DNA from: Salpingoeca rosetta
Lineage: Eukaryota > Protista > Choanoflagellata
Assembly (NCBI GenBank): GCA_033442325.1
Contig: JAWQFM010000003.1
Span: 160,724 to 224,723, forward strand
Length of the DNA stretch: 64,000 nucleotides
Direction of reading: 5' to 3'
The notes under the pieces were generated by a model, which was not told the DNA's origin, searched no databases, and saw nothing but the letters and a program-made list of their open reading frames with translations. This document shows, in pieces, positions 1 to 18,800 of this stretch. The position numbers and the translations under genes were made by a program. How positions within the stretch are numbered: position 1 is the stretch's first letter; each line of letters begins with the position of its first letter.

Positions 1-1
1 A

Positions 2-64
<63 letters not shown>

Positions 65-100
65 GCACACACACACACACAGGTACACACACATACACCT
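1..100. repeat. (CA)n microsatellite in HRD1 intron 1
   Basis: Near-pure CA dinucleotide run; reads (UG)n on the HRD1 transcript. Confidence 0.95.
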
Positions 101-144
101 ACACCCACAAATAGACAGAGAGACACACAAAAGCGGATACGCAC

Positions 145-288
145 CGTCATGTTGAGGCTGGAGTGGGAGAGGGCCACCATGGTGGGGTAAAATTGCTTGT
201 ACTCCTGAAGCTCATTGTACACGATGGCGGCCACAACCACGCCACTAGCAAGCGTGTAAGGTAGCGTGTCGCGCACGCGCAGCAACAT
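145..288 (-). CDS. HRD1: First exon of an ERAD E3 ubiquitin ligase HRD1/synoviolin (gene continues beyond the left edge)
   Basis: Minus-strand ATG at 288 reads MLLRVRDTLPYTLASGVVVAAIVYNELQEYKQFYPTMVALSHSSLNMT, followed by a GT donor at 144. The QFYPT motif after a hydrophobic segment matches the HRD1/SYVN1 N-terminus as I recall it (…YYLKHQFYPTVVYLTKSS…). Confidence 0.8.
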
Positions 289-580
289 GGCTGCACCGGA
301 GCACCTCAACTGCCAACGAGTCTCTCTCAACAAGGAAGGAAGAAGATGTAATGCAAGGCGTGCTCGTAGTTGTTGTCGATCTTGCTTGCTTGCCACCTCA
401 CCACTTTAACTGTTTTTGTGTGTCGCACTGTCGTCGTTGTTGAGCCATTGCTTCTGTCTGCTGTCTGCTGCGGTTGCTTGTTCAGCGTGGTGCATTTCTC
501 ACCTCACCCTTCATCTGCCTCTGCCACTTGCTCACGCCAACCACCTGTCTTTCTTCCCCGCACCTCCAACGCCTGCCAAG

Positions 581-2155
<1,575 letters not shown>

Positions 2156-2626
2156 CCGGTGCCCCCATCTTTGTTGCGTGCAAGAGTGGTGGCCAGCGGC
2201 GGGGCGGGGATAACCGAAGGAGCGGGTGCCCCTGCATCAGCGCGAACGTTTACAAGGTCACGCACGCGCGTGCGTATCTTCCTCCATGTCACTGTTGATT
2301 TCTTCACTGCTGCTTCTTCGTGTTCTTCTTGTTCTTCTTCTTCGTACTCTGTTTTCGTTATTTGTCTCCTCCTTTTTCATTTCCTATTGTTGGCTGCATC
2401 AAATGCACACCCCTCCTGTGTGCTATGTGCCTGTGCGTTTGCCTGTGTGGTGCATGTGTGGTTGTGTGTGTGGTGCCTGTGTGGTGCCTGTGTGGTGCAT
2501 GTGTGGTGCATGTGTGGGCATATGGTGAACCACCACCATTCCATCACAGCCAGCGTTGCGACACCATAAATTTTCCGCGACCGTTGCGGACGCAAACACT
2601 GCCAGCCAGCACCCAGCACAACAACG

Positions 2627-7594
<4,968 letters not shown>

Positions 7595-7810
7595 ACGAGG
7601 TGGCGGCGCGGTTGCTGGTCATGCGGATAGCTTGCGGTGCTGACGGGATATTGTGATGCGTGCCTCTTGTGACGTGTACACCTTGTTTTCTTTGTTTGTG
7701 CACGTGAATAAACGCGACTTTGTTTACATTAAGTCGAACAGACACACAGACACACAGCCACACAGACATACACAAACACATGCACACACACAGACATAGA
7801 CACAGACATA

Positions 7811-7847
<37 letters not shown>

Positions 7848-7885
7848 ACACATACACGCACACGCACACACACGAGGAGGCAGCT

Positions 7886-8567
7886 TCAGTTTGTCGATGG
7901 CGGGCACATGCGCATGTCGTGAATGCTCGTGATAAAGTACTCGACAACACGATCACCGCCACCATCATCACCATCGCCATCATCATCGTGTGTGGTCAAG
8001 TCAAACTTTCCATTCGTTTCTGCAGGAGAACGCAAACAAAACAACAGTCACACACATGTATGCAGGCAGTACATGTCAGCGTGAGCATGTCGTGTATGTG
8101 TGTGTGTGTGTGTGTCAGCGTTCTGGGCGATTCTGTGCATGTGTACGTGTACGCATGTGTGTCGGCACATGTGGATGCATGCAGGCACGGATGGTCGTGC
8201 TTACGCGGCGCGAGCGGGACGTGCGGCGCGAGACGGACGGAGATGACGTTGGCGGCCGGGTCAATCGCAACAACCTCGCACTCCTGATGGCCATTTGAGC
8301 AGTGGTGGTGGCGGCAGCCGTGTGAGTAACCACTATCACATGCAGCACACAGCACAGCACACACACACACACACACATATGTTGGGCAGGTGTCGCACCT
8401 TGAAGTCTGACACCTGCGGGGAATATGTCTCCGACATCTCCAGCACCTGAAAGAAAGCGGGCGGGGTTGCGAAGGAGCAGCACACGCGTCATGCGCATGA
8501 AAGCCAGTAAATCGAATATTCACAGGTGCACAGGTGCACAGGTGCACAGGTGCACAGGTGCACAGGT

Positions 8568-8617
<50 letters not shown>

Positions 8618-10177
8618 TGATTGCGAGGCGGTCGCCCTGCTTCGGCTCTCCCGTCACCTCCGGCCACGCCGAATAGTCACCAACATCGCTACCAACACCA
8701 ACACCATCGTGTGTCGCTGCCCCCACCATCATTGCCGGTGTTGACGCTGATGTTGCTTGTGCTTGTGTTCCTGGCTTTGGTACTGCCATCGCGGATGTGT
8801 TCGAGGGCGCGTGAGGCGTTGCGGGCGTGCTGGCCATGCCACTTGCTCGTTTCGGCGTCACTTCTGCTGTCGAGTTGGTCTTCCTCGCTGGCGTCTTTTT
8901 CTGTGGTGTTGCGCCCAACGCGTCCCCAGCCGTCTCCTTGGTCCCTTCCTCTTCACGATCACGATCACCCTCGCCCTCCTGCTGGTCCTTCTTCCCTCGT
9001 CCCCTGCGCCCTCTCCGCCCTCGCCTCCTTCTTCGCCTTTTCCCCGTCTGCGGCGTGTCTGCTTCGCTGGCGTCTCCATCACCAGCAGCGCTCGTGTCTG
9101 CAACGGAGTCTGCCGTTGTGTCCATCGCTCCAGCCGTGCTTGAAGCCGATGCTGCTGTGTCCGCAGCCAGCTGCACTGATGGTGTGCCATGTTCGCTTGT
9201 CTTGTTGCTCTGTTGTGCGAGTGTATCTGGTGTGGTTTCCTTGGCCGTCTTCTTGTTTGATTTCTTGCCTTTGTCCTTGCCATCCTTTGTCTTGTCCTTC
9301 TTCTTCTTCGCTTTGTCCTTCTTGTGCTGCTTGTCATCCGCGGCTTGCCCGGCATCCTGCTCGTCTTGCTGTTCCTGCTTCTTTTCTTGCTTCTTCTGCT
9401 TCTTTTGCTTCGTGGTCTTGGCTCGCTTTGCTGCCGACTCACGTGCGTCAGCGTCCTCACTGCATTGCGCCTCTGATCCCGTCACTATACCGGTGCTGCT
9501 GCTTCTGCGCTTTGGCGTGGAAGACGGCATCGGGGCTATTGCAGGGAACGAGGGCATGGCGAAAGGGTTGGCTGCTTGGGAGAGAAGGGACTGCAGATTC
9601 CACGATGGCTGCATGCCGCCAAACGGCACCACCGTCGGATACGCCTGTGGTGCCCGCTCGCCGTTGCCAAACACCCTGCATACGGCACGTTTCCCATTGT
9701 GGTGATAAGGAGCAGTGAGCAACAACATTCAGGAAGCCAATGGCCTCACAGAGGGTAGCTGAACCTGTGGAGACGACGAGAGGGAAGCACGTGCACGCAA
9801 ACAAACACATATACACAGGGATACACACACAGGCACACAGAGGTACATACACCCCACACGCACACGCACACACAGAGGTACACACGCACATGCACATGCA
9901 CACACAGAGGTACATACACCCCACATGCACACGCACCCACACGCACCCATACACACCCATGCACGTACCAGAGGCAGTCGTTGTCGCGAAGAACGGATGT
10001 AGATTGGTCGTCGCGCAAGGGACAGCCGTCCAAGTACAGCGTGACTGGCGCTTTCAGCTTGGTCAGCTTGCGCACGTGCTGTGCCACATCCTTGATGGTG
10101 TTGGCGCTTTCGACATCGCTCACTTCCAGCCACAACGGCGCCGGCTGCCCGGCCGCAAACACAAGCTTCACGCGCAT
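7886..10177 (-). CDS. COIL: Coilin (Cajal body scaffold protein), 5 exons
   Basis: The N-terminus MRVKLVF…LWLEV…TLYLDGCPL…SVLRDNDCL matches the Coilin_N domain. A Lys-rich centre carries an RG-rich stretch. The C-terminal Tudor-like region is rebuilt over three introns as GDYSAWPEVTGEPKQGDRLAIK|VLEMSETYSPQVSDFK|ECEVVAIDP…|GKFDL…VVEY and matches coilin. Confidence 0.85.
8521..8570. repeat. 8-bp tandem repeat (cacaggtg)x6 in a coilin intron
   Basis: Directly visible, adjacent to a (CA)n run. Confidence 0.9.
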
Positions 10178-10490
10178 AGATGGCGGTAGAAAAGAACCGT
10201 CAAACCTTGTTGTTGTTGTTGCTTGCTTTCTTTCTCCTCCGATGGACAACAACAGAGTCTCTGCCACTTCCACTGCAACACAAACCACACTGGCAAACAA
10301 ACTGGCTGGCGTTCGTTCTCTTTCGCCTTTGGCTGGCTGTGGAGTCGTGAAGATTGGTGAATATTTTCATGCAACATTCATTCCAGCCAAACACAGCGCA
10401 ACAAAAAGGCACAAGCGCACAACAACAAACCCACGTGCAACGCCATCACCGCAAGCCAGCCGCACAGCACACGCACAGCCGTCAGTCACC
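10178..10490. promoter_or_regulatory. Putative bidirectional promoter between coilin and NOL10
   Basis: 313 bp between divergent ATGs, AT-richer than the flanking exons. Inferred from geometry only. Confidence 0.5.
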
Positions 10491-11128
10491 ATGTCGGGTC
10501 TCAAGGTCTTTGAGGCCAACGATGTCAAGGTGTACAACTTGACAGCGGGGAGAGATGTTCCCATGTGGCTCTCCGAGCGCAAGCGCAGGCAGCTGCTGAA
10601 AAAGGATCCAGAGCTCAAGGTGGGGGCATGAAAGAGAACGCATGCTCCTTTGTCGGGTGGTGGATTTTACCGCTGCATTGTTGTTGCCGTTGCTCTTGCT
10701 GTTGTGGGTATTGGGTGTGAAGGGTAGTGCTGTTTCGGGCGCATACGCTGGGAGGTGGGTGTACTGATAGGAACTCAAACGAAACCTGGGTTGTGGTTGC
10801 TAGCGTCGAGTGGAGTTGATCCAAGACTTTGACTTTCCGACCGCGTGTGACGCGATTACCATCTCGCCAGACCAGCAATACGTGTTGGCCTGTGGTACGT
10901 TGGGAACATGCCAAGGCGGGAATGGTGAACTGCACTTTGTGGAGTGGGGCCAAGGTGGTTTGCGTTTTTGAGTACCTGCAAGACCCATGTCTCACATGTT
11001 GGAATCGTTGATTGATGTGCTGCTGTCACTCCTCCAGGCACCTACAAGCCGCGCGTCCGGTGTTTCGAGCTTTCTCAAATGTCCATGAAGTTTGAACGAC
11101 ACATCAACTGCGAAGGTTGGTACTGCTA

Positions 11129-11187
<59 letters not shown>

Positions 11188-12012
11188 ATGGGCGTGTGTG
11201 CGCCCCTTCTTGTGCGCCCCTTCTTGTGCGCCCTTCTTGTGCGTGTGACAAGTGTCTGTTCTCCCACGTGCGGAAATGATCTTCTAACGTGAACAAATCT
11301 ATCCCACCTTCATCTCACTCTGCCACTGTCCTCTCCACCCCCCCCCCGCGGCGCACTGCCATGTTCGCCTACCACCAGCACACAAACTCCTCATGCTGTC
11401 GGAGGACTACACCAAGTTTGCGATGCTTCTTGCCGACCGCTACATTGAGCTTCACGCCGCGGGCGGTGTGCACTACAGGGTATGCGCCCGCTTGTCTGCT
11501 CACACACGTTGTGCTTCCACATTGCAATGTGGTGATGTCTGTGACTCAATAGACATCGTGGCTGAACACGGCGCCCATGTCTTGTGTCTGTCCCCATCCA
11601 ACCTCCTTGTTCCTTCCACCCCCTTGCTCCTCTGTTGTTTCTGTTCCTCGTTTCACGCGTCCCAACTCTCCCTAATTCACCATTGGCTCGCCCATTCCAC
11701 AACCCAAACTGTCTTCATTTCCCGCCGCTTCTCACCCCTGTTTCCGTCCGCACTTCACCGCCTGCAGACGCGCATCCCCAACTATGGGCGGGACCTCGCC
11801 TACTTCAAGCCCACAGCAGACTTGCTGGTCGCTGGCCTGAACAACGTGTATGCGCTGAACCTTGCCGAGGGCCGCTTCAAGGAGCCGCTGTCGTGCCCGC
11901 GAACGTCATTCACCAGTCTTGACCTCAACCCAGTCAACGGTCTCCTTGCCGCAGGCACCGCACAGGTGGGCAGGTGGGGGGAGGCGCGATGATTTGGTGT
12001 TGCGCACTTTAC

Positions 12013-12080
<68 letters not shown>

Positions 12081-12654
12081 GGTGATTGCACGATGACTGA
12101 CGCCTGTGCATTCTGACACTTCGGTATCTCACCACACACTTCTCCTTCATCCCCGACCTCGCTACACCACCACCACCACCACCATCATCATCATGACGAT
12201 GGCAGGCTGCGGTGAAGTGCTTTGACCCGCGCACAGCCAACACGGCCATTGCGTCGCTCGATGTCATGCGTGGCATCCCGCCCTCAACCCAGCGCAGAAT
12301 GTCAGTGCCAACTCGTGGTCTGTGGTCGTTGCTGGCGCCCACAGCACGAGTAATGTGTTTCCGCGCACATGCGATGCTCGTGTCGTCGTCATCATCCCAT
12401 ATGTTTCCGAATCACCCCCTTGTTTCCTTCATCCTGCCACACCTCACCACTACCACCACCATCACCACCACGACCATGATGATGGTTACTGCGTGTGCAG
12501 AAAGGGCATTCCGGAGATAACGACGCTGCAGTTCCTGCGCAACGGGCTCGGGCTCGCTGTCGGCACCGCATCGGGGCAGGTCCTCGTCTACGATATCCGA
12601 AGCACAAAGCCGGTGGGGCATGCTGGTCACACGTGTACTGAGCCCCGTGCTTGT

Positions 12655-12696
<42 letters not shown>

Positions 12697-15138
12697 TCGT
12701 GTGTGTGTGCGTGTGCGTGTGTCGTGTGTGTGTGCGTGTGTGTTTGTCGTGTGTGTGTGTGTGCGTGTTCTTGCGTTTGACTTCTTGCGTTTGACTTCAG
12801 ACACGTTGGTGACTCACTTTCACTGTCACCCGCTTGATCGTTCTGCAGATGGTGGTCAAGGACCACAACTACGGCCTGCCCATTACATACATCAATGAAC
12901 ACGACATCTCAGATAATGTATGCACGCCAATTGCCACCTTACACCGCATGCTTTCTTCGCATCGACCCACTCTGCAATTCCCCAAACACACACACAGACA
13001 CAGACACGCACGCACACACGCACACACACACACACGCACAGGCACACACACACACACACACACAGGCACACACACACACACACACAGACACACACACACG
13101 CAGGCACAGACGCACATAGACACACACACGCACACTCAAGCATCCCCCCACTTTGTGCATTCGTTGTTCGTGCATTCGCTCATCGGCCAACCCAACGTGT
13201 CACCGTGTGTTTGTACCGACTACCAGATGATGACCGTTGATCGCAAGGGTGTCAAATTCTGGAACAAGGAGACGGGCAAGAACTACCTTGCGTTTGAGGT
13301 GCGCACTTGCTCGCATCACATTGTGGACGTCTGTATTGTGTTCGTGTGTGTATGCATGTGTATGTGTATTTGTACGCGCATGTGTACCTTTTCTTGCCTG
13401 CATGTGCGTCTCAATACCGCAGTACCCCATGTCCCATCACCTCCAATTACACTCACTCCACCCCCCCCCCCCAAATTCACCCTCTGCCGCCGGTGCAGGC
13501 TGATGCGGACATCAACTGCGCGGCCATGTTCCCCAACTCGGGCCTGTTCTTCCTGGGCGGCGAGGAGTCCAAGGTCATGTCGTACTTCATCCCCGCGCTC
13601 GGTCCTGCCCCGAAGTGGTGCGGGTACCTCGACACGGTTGCCGACGAGCTGGACGAAGACGAGCAGCCGGTCGTGTACGACGACTACAAGTTTGTCACCC
13701 GCGAGGACCTTGGCCGCCTTGGGCTGACGGACCTGATTGGCACGGGCGTCCTGCGTGCACACATGCACGGGTTCTTCGTTGACGCGCGGCTCTACAACGA
13801 AGCCGTGGAGGCCCTCAACCCCTTTGCACATGAGGAGTACAGGTGCGAGCCACAGGCACTTGGCGGTGGTAGTTGTGTACGCTTTGTGTGCTGTGTTTGT
13901 ACGTGTGTACTGTGTTTGTTTGTGTGTGATGTGAGCGTGTGAAGTGAGTGTGTGATGTGAGTGTGTGTGCGTGTATACATGTGCACGTGTGTGCGTTGTT
14001 GCAACTCTCTGCGAATTGTCTGTCGTTCGTTGTTCGCGTTTGCGCGTGCATCGTCCACCACCGTGGATACCACAGCCTCACCCAAACCTCCCTCCTCTCC
14101 TTTCTCGCGCCTCCCCCTGCGTCCCTGCTGCTGCGCAGGCAACAGCGGATCAAGGAGCAGCTTGAGAAGGGGACGGCCTCGCGGCTGCAGATGGAGAAGC
14201 TGCGGTGGAAGCTGCCCAAGGTCAACCGCCTGCTCGCCAAGAAGATGATGGCCCTCGAGGGCATCAAGGCTGAGAAGATGCAGGAGGAGATGAAGGAGGC
14301 CGCTCTCGGTGAGCTGGCGCAGGGCCAGGCCAGCAGCGCGGCCGGCGGTGATGCGGACGCTAACACATCATCAGCAACGGAAGCAACAGCAGCGGCAGCG
14401 GCGGGGAAGAAGAAGAGCACCATGTCGGTGGATGACCTGATTGACCCGCGGTTTGGCGCCATCTTCACCGACCCCGAGTTTGAGGTGGACGAGGCTGCGG
14501 AGGAGTACCGGGCGTGGCGGCCAAACCGGCACCTGGCTGCAGAGGTGAACAGGCGCGCAGACGGCATTGGCGCGTATGACGACGACGATGACGAGGACTC
14601 TGGGCCCGAGGGGCGCGGCAGTGATGATGAGGAGGAGGAAGCCGCGCTCATGCAGGACCTGCTTGGTGTGCAGCCTGATCACGACGATGACGACAATGAG
14701 GATGATGGCGATGACGATGGGTACGGTGGTCGCTCGCGGCGGGGCAGGAAGCAGCGGGGCAAGGCGATGCGGACGGGGCGTGACGGCGGGCCACGCCTGC
14801 AGGAGGACCAGGGCGACGTGGACATTCGGCCCATGCAGACATCGGCCATGAGCGCGGCCCGCAAGGAGGCCAAGTCAACGACGTTTGCCAAGCTGCTTGA
14901 GGCGACGGCCGGCGCGGAGGATGACGAGGACATGGGGCGCAGAACGCGCCGGGTTGCTGGCGGCAAAGTGGCGCACATTTCCATGCGCAAGGCCGGGAAG
15001 AAAACGGGCGAGAAGTCGGCACAGCAGAAGCGGGAGGAAGAGGTGGAGCGCAGGCAGGGCAAGCGTGGCATTCGAAGCTTGGGGCTGCGCAAGCCTAGCA
15101 CAGTCGCTTACTGGCGTGGTCGCAAGGTGCGCAAGTAA
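10491..15138 (+). CDS. NOL10: Nucleolar protein 10 (NOL10/Enp2), WD40 plus NUC153 domain, multi-exon
   Basis: VKVYNLTAGRDVPMWLSERKRRQLLKKD|RRVELIQDFDFP…|GTYKPRVRCFELSQMSMKFERH, LSEDYTKFAMLLADRYIELHAAGG, YFIPALGPAPKWCGYLD…VYDDYKFVT…LRAHMHGFF, and the NUC153 motif DPRFGAIFTDPEFEVDE. Confidence 0.95.
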
Positions 15139-15829
15139 AGCGCGCGCTCTCGTGTGTGTGTGCGTGTGCGTGTGTGTGTGTGTGTGTGCGTGTGTGTGTT
15201 TGTGTGTGCGTGTGTGTTTGTGTGTGCGTGTGTGTGCGTGTGTGCGCGCGTGTGTGTGTGTGTGTGAGGTTGTCGCTGTCGCTCTTTCGCGTGTCAGTGC
15301 GTTTGTGTATGTGTGGTTTCTTGGTTACACAGTACTCAAGTACACGATCAGCAATTGCCTCCAGCTAGCTAGCTGCTTGCGAGCAAGGCAGTTATCGAAA
15401 GAGAGAGAAACAGAGATAGAGACAGACACAGAGACAGAGACAGAGACACAGACAGAAACAGACAGACACAGGAAGGAAGCAAGCAAGTCACATCACAGTC
15501 ACATCATGTCACATCACAAGCACCCAACAACAACCACGTTCAGGTACGACATCATAAAATGAATTTGCAATATAGGTTTCGTGCATTTCCTTGGATTTTG
15601 TGTGGATTGAGTGCGTTTTGGTGGATAGCACAGCAGGGGGCGGCAACAGGAACAAAAACAACAACAACGTTCGCTGCAACCATCTCGTCCAGCAGCCCAC
15701 ATCATCATCCCACCACCTTTGTTGTGTGTTGTTGTTTGTGAGGTGAGGTTGGATTGTTGATTGGAGGCAGCAGACACCACACAGACCACACACAGGCCAC
15801 ACACACAGCAGCCTGGAGGCAGCGCAGCC

Positions 15830-18800
15830 ATGTCATCCTTCAGCGCCATGTTGCGGCCAAAGCTGGCTGCTGAAGGTGAGCAGTGTGCGAGCCTTTGTCT
15901 GCTTGTTTGTTGCACGACGATTGTTGGTGGATGAGGAGCCGCGGTGTTTGGTGGTGGTGGTGGTGGTGGTGGTGGTGGTGGATTTGTGCAAGCTGGCACT
16001 ACGGTTCAATGGTCCTCAAGACAATGCTACTCCGTACCGTTGTGCCGTGCCGTGGCGGCTGCTTGCTTGCTGTGTTCGCAAGCGCTTGCAGCATCGGCAA
16101 CCGCTACATCATGCACACCAGCACAGCACGATGCTCACCTCACACACCCCTGTCTTGCCCCTTTTTTCTGCCACCCTTGTTGTCTGGGGTTTGCCTGCTC
16201 GCATGGAATGGGTTTGGGCGTCATGCAGGCCTAAGACCACAGGATGGCGTTCCTGACATGACCCACATCTCCAACATCGACGTCAGCGGCATCAACACCA
16301 ACCTGCGCGTTCGCTTCAACAGGGACGAGATCTACACGTACACGGGCTCCATCTTGGTCGCCGTCAACCCATACAAGAGCCTGCCCATTTACGAGCAGGA
16401 CACCATTGACCAATACTCTGGAAAGCGCATGAGCGACCTTCCGCCTCACGTGTATGCAACGGCAGAGGCCGCCTTCCAGAACGTCCGCACCTCAGACACA
16501 AACCAGTCGTGCGTCATCAGCGGCGAGTCTGGTGCCGGCAAGGTGCGTTTAGATGTGCGTGTGTGTATACGTGTGTGTGTGTGTGTGTGGTGTGTGGGGT
16601 GTACGTTTGTACGTCTGTATGTGTGTATGTGTGTGTGTGTGTGTACGCCTGTACGTGTGTGTGTGTGTGTGTGGGTGGGTGGGTGTGTGGGTGACTGAAG
16701 TCACGCACACAGGGCCTCAGTGCACACTCTCGTTGTATCTCTGCATCTCGTCCCACAGGTCATCATCACGCTGACTCACCCCGTGCATGTTTATTTGGTG
16801 TTGCGTGCACGTGGGCGTGCTCTCAACGACGCGATGCAAACCATCAACACGGTGTAGACGGAGACGACCAAGTTTATTCTGCAGTACCTGTGTGCGGTCA
16901 CCTCGACCACCACGTCGTGGGTGGAACAGCAGATCCTGCAAGCCAACACCATCCTGGAAGCTTTTGGTAACGCGCGAACCACCCGCAACGACAACTCCTC
17001 TCGCTTCGGAAAGTTTATCCAGGTGAGCGACCATGGTTGCGCACTGTGTGTGTGTCTGTGTGCGTCTTTGTTTGCTCGTGTGTGTGTTCAGATGAGGACT
17101 TGTCGAAGAATGATGGAACTTGACAGAGTTGTGCATTGTTGATGGGGGTTGCAACTACACCGACCCCCGCTCGATCGCTGCCTTTCTGGTTTGTGATGTG
17201 ACGTGGCATGACTCATTGCTGTGCTGTGCTTGCGTGGCAGGTGTGCTTCGACAACAACTGCGAGATTCGCGGAAGCATCATCCAGGAGTATCTGCTGGAG
17301 CAATCGCGTATTGTGAAGGTGGCAAAGGACGAGCGCAGCTACCACGTCTTCTACCAAGTGAGGCAGTGGCATGCGAGCGTAGCAACAGCAACAATACTGT
17401 TTGTCATTTTCGAGGAGAGAAGAAAGAGAGAATGAGGGGGAAGAAAGGAGGAATGGGGTGGGGAAAGAAAAAGACAACAGACAAAAGCACACACACATAG
17501 AGTGCGCACTTGTTTAACCTTCTGACGATATACATTGCCGACCCGTCACCTGCGCTCGCCTGATGTCAGCTGCTTGCTGGCGGAGACAAGGAGCGGTTTC
17601 TGCTGGAGCCAAAGGAATCGTACCAGTTCCTGAACCAGAGCGGATGCTACACCCTCGAGGACTGGGATGACAGACAGGTATGCCCCCCACTGCCACGCTG
17701 CCACGCTCTTTATTGTGCGAGAGTATACTCCCGTGATGACCACACGCTTTGCACACTCACACTCACACACACAACACGCCACCACCTCTGTGTCCATGTT
17801 GCTTGCAGGCGTACGACGACCTGCGGCTTGCGATGACGGTGCTGAACATCAGCGACGAGCTGATTGACGGCATCTTTGGGCTCGTGTCAGCCATTCTGCA
17901 CATTGGCAATCTCGAGTTTGTCGACATTGATGGCGAGACGGCCGGCCTCACCTCAAACGACGGTGCCATTCTCGCAAAGATTGCCCACCTCTTGGGGGTT
18001 AGTTGTTGCATGCGTTGGTGTGTGTTGGTTTCTTTGTTTGTTTGTTTGTGTGTGTGTGTGTGTGTTGAGTGTGCACGTGTGTTGAGCTGCAGCTTCTCTG
18101 TCTTCTTGGTCGTTGTACCCCATTTTATGCCTTTCCTCATCTCACCACACACACACGCATGCACGCTCGCACGAACACGCGCACACACGTGAACGCCACT
18201 GCAGTTGGATGCGCAACGACTGCGTGACATTGTGCTGACGCGACAGATTGTTGTTCGCGGCAACGCCACGACGATTCCATTCAAGCACACCGAGGCGATC
18301 AACAACAAGCACGCCATGGTTCGTCGCTGCTCGCCTGCCCTTTGTGCCAATGCATGCGATCTATGCAGGCACAGACATACCTGCTGGATGGATGGCTGTT
18401 GGTCATGTCAGATGCGCCTCTATTCACTGCCACAGTGCTTTCTTCACACACTGACACGCACACACACACACACTTACTCACTCACACACACACTCTCTCT
18501 CTTTCTCGTACACACACTGAACCCCGCTGACACACACTTACTCACTCACACACACACTCTCTCTTTCTCGTACACACACTGAACTCCGCTGACACACACA
18601 CACACACAAACGCACACACCGCGTGCATCTGTTGCACAGGCGAAAGCGCTGTACTCGCGGACGTTTGCGTGGCTTGTTGACCAGATCAACAGCACGACCA
18701 ACCCCGGCGAGTTTACGCACAAGTTCATTGGCGTGCTGGACATCTTCGGCTTTGAGAACTTTGTTGTCAACTCGTTTGAGCAGCTGTGCATCAACTTCAC

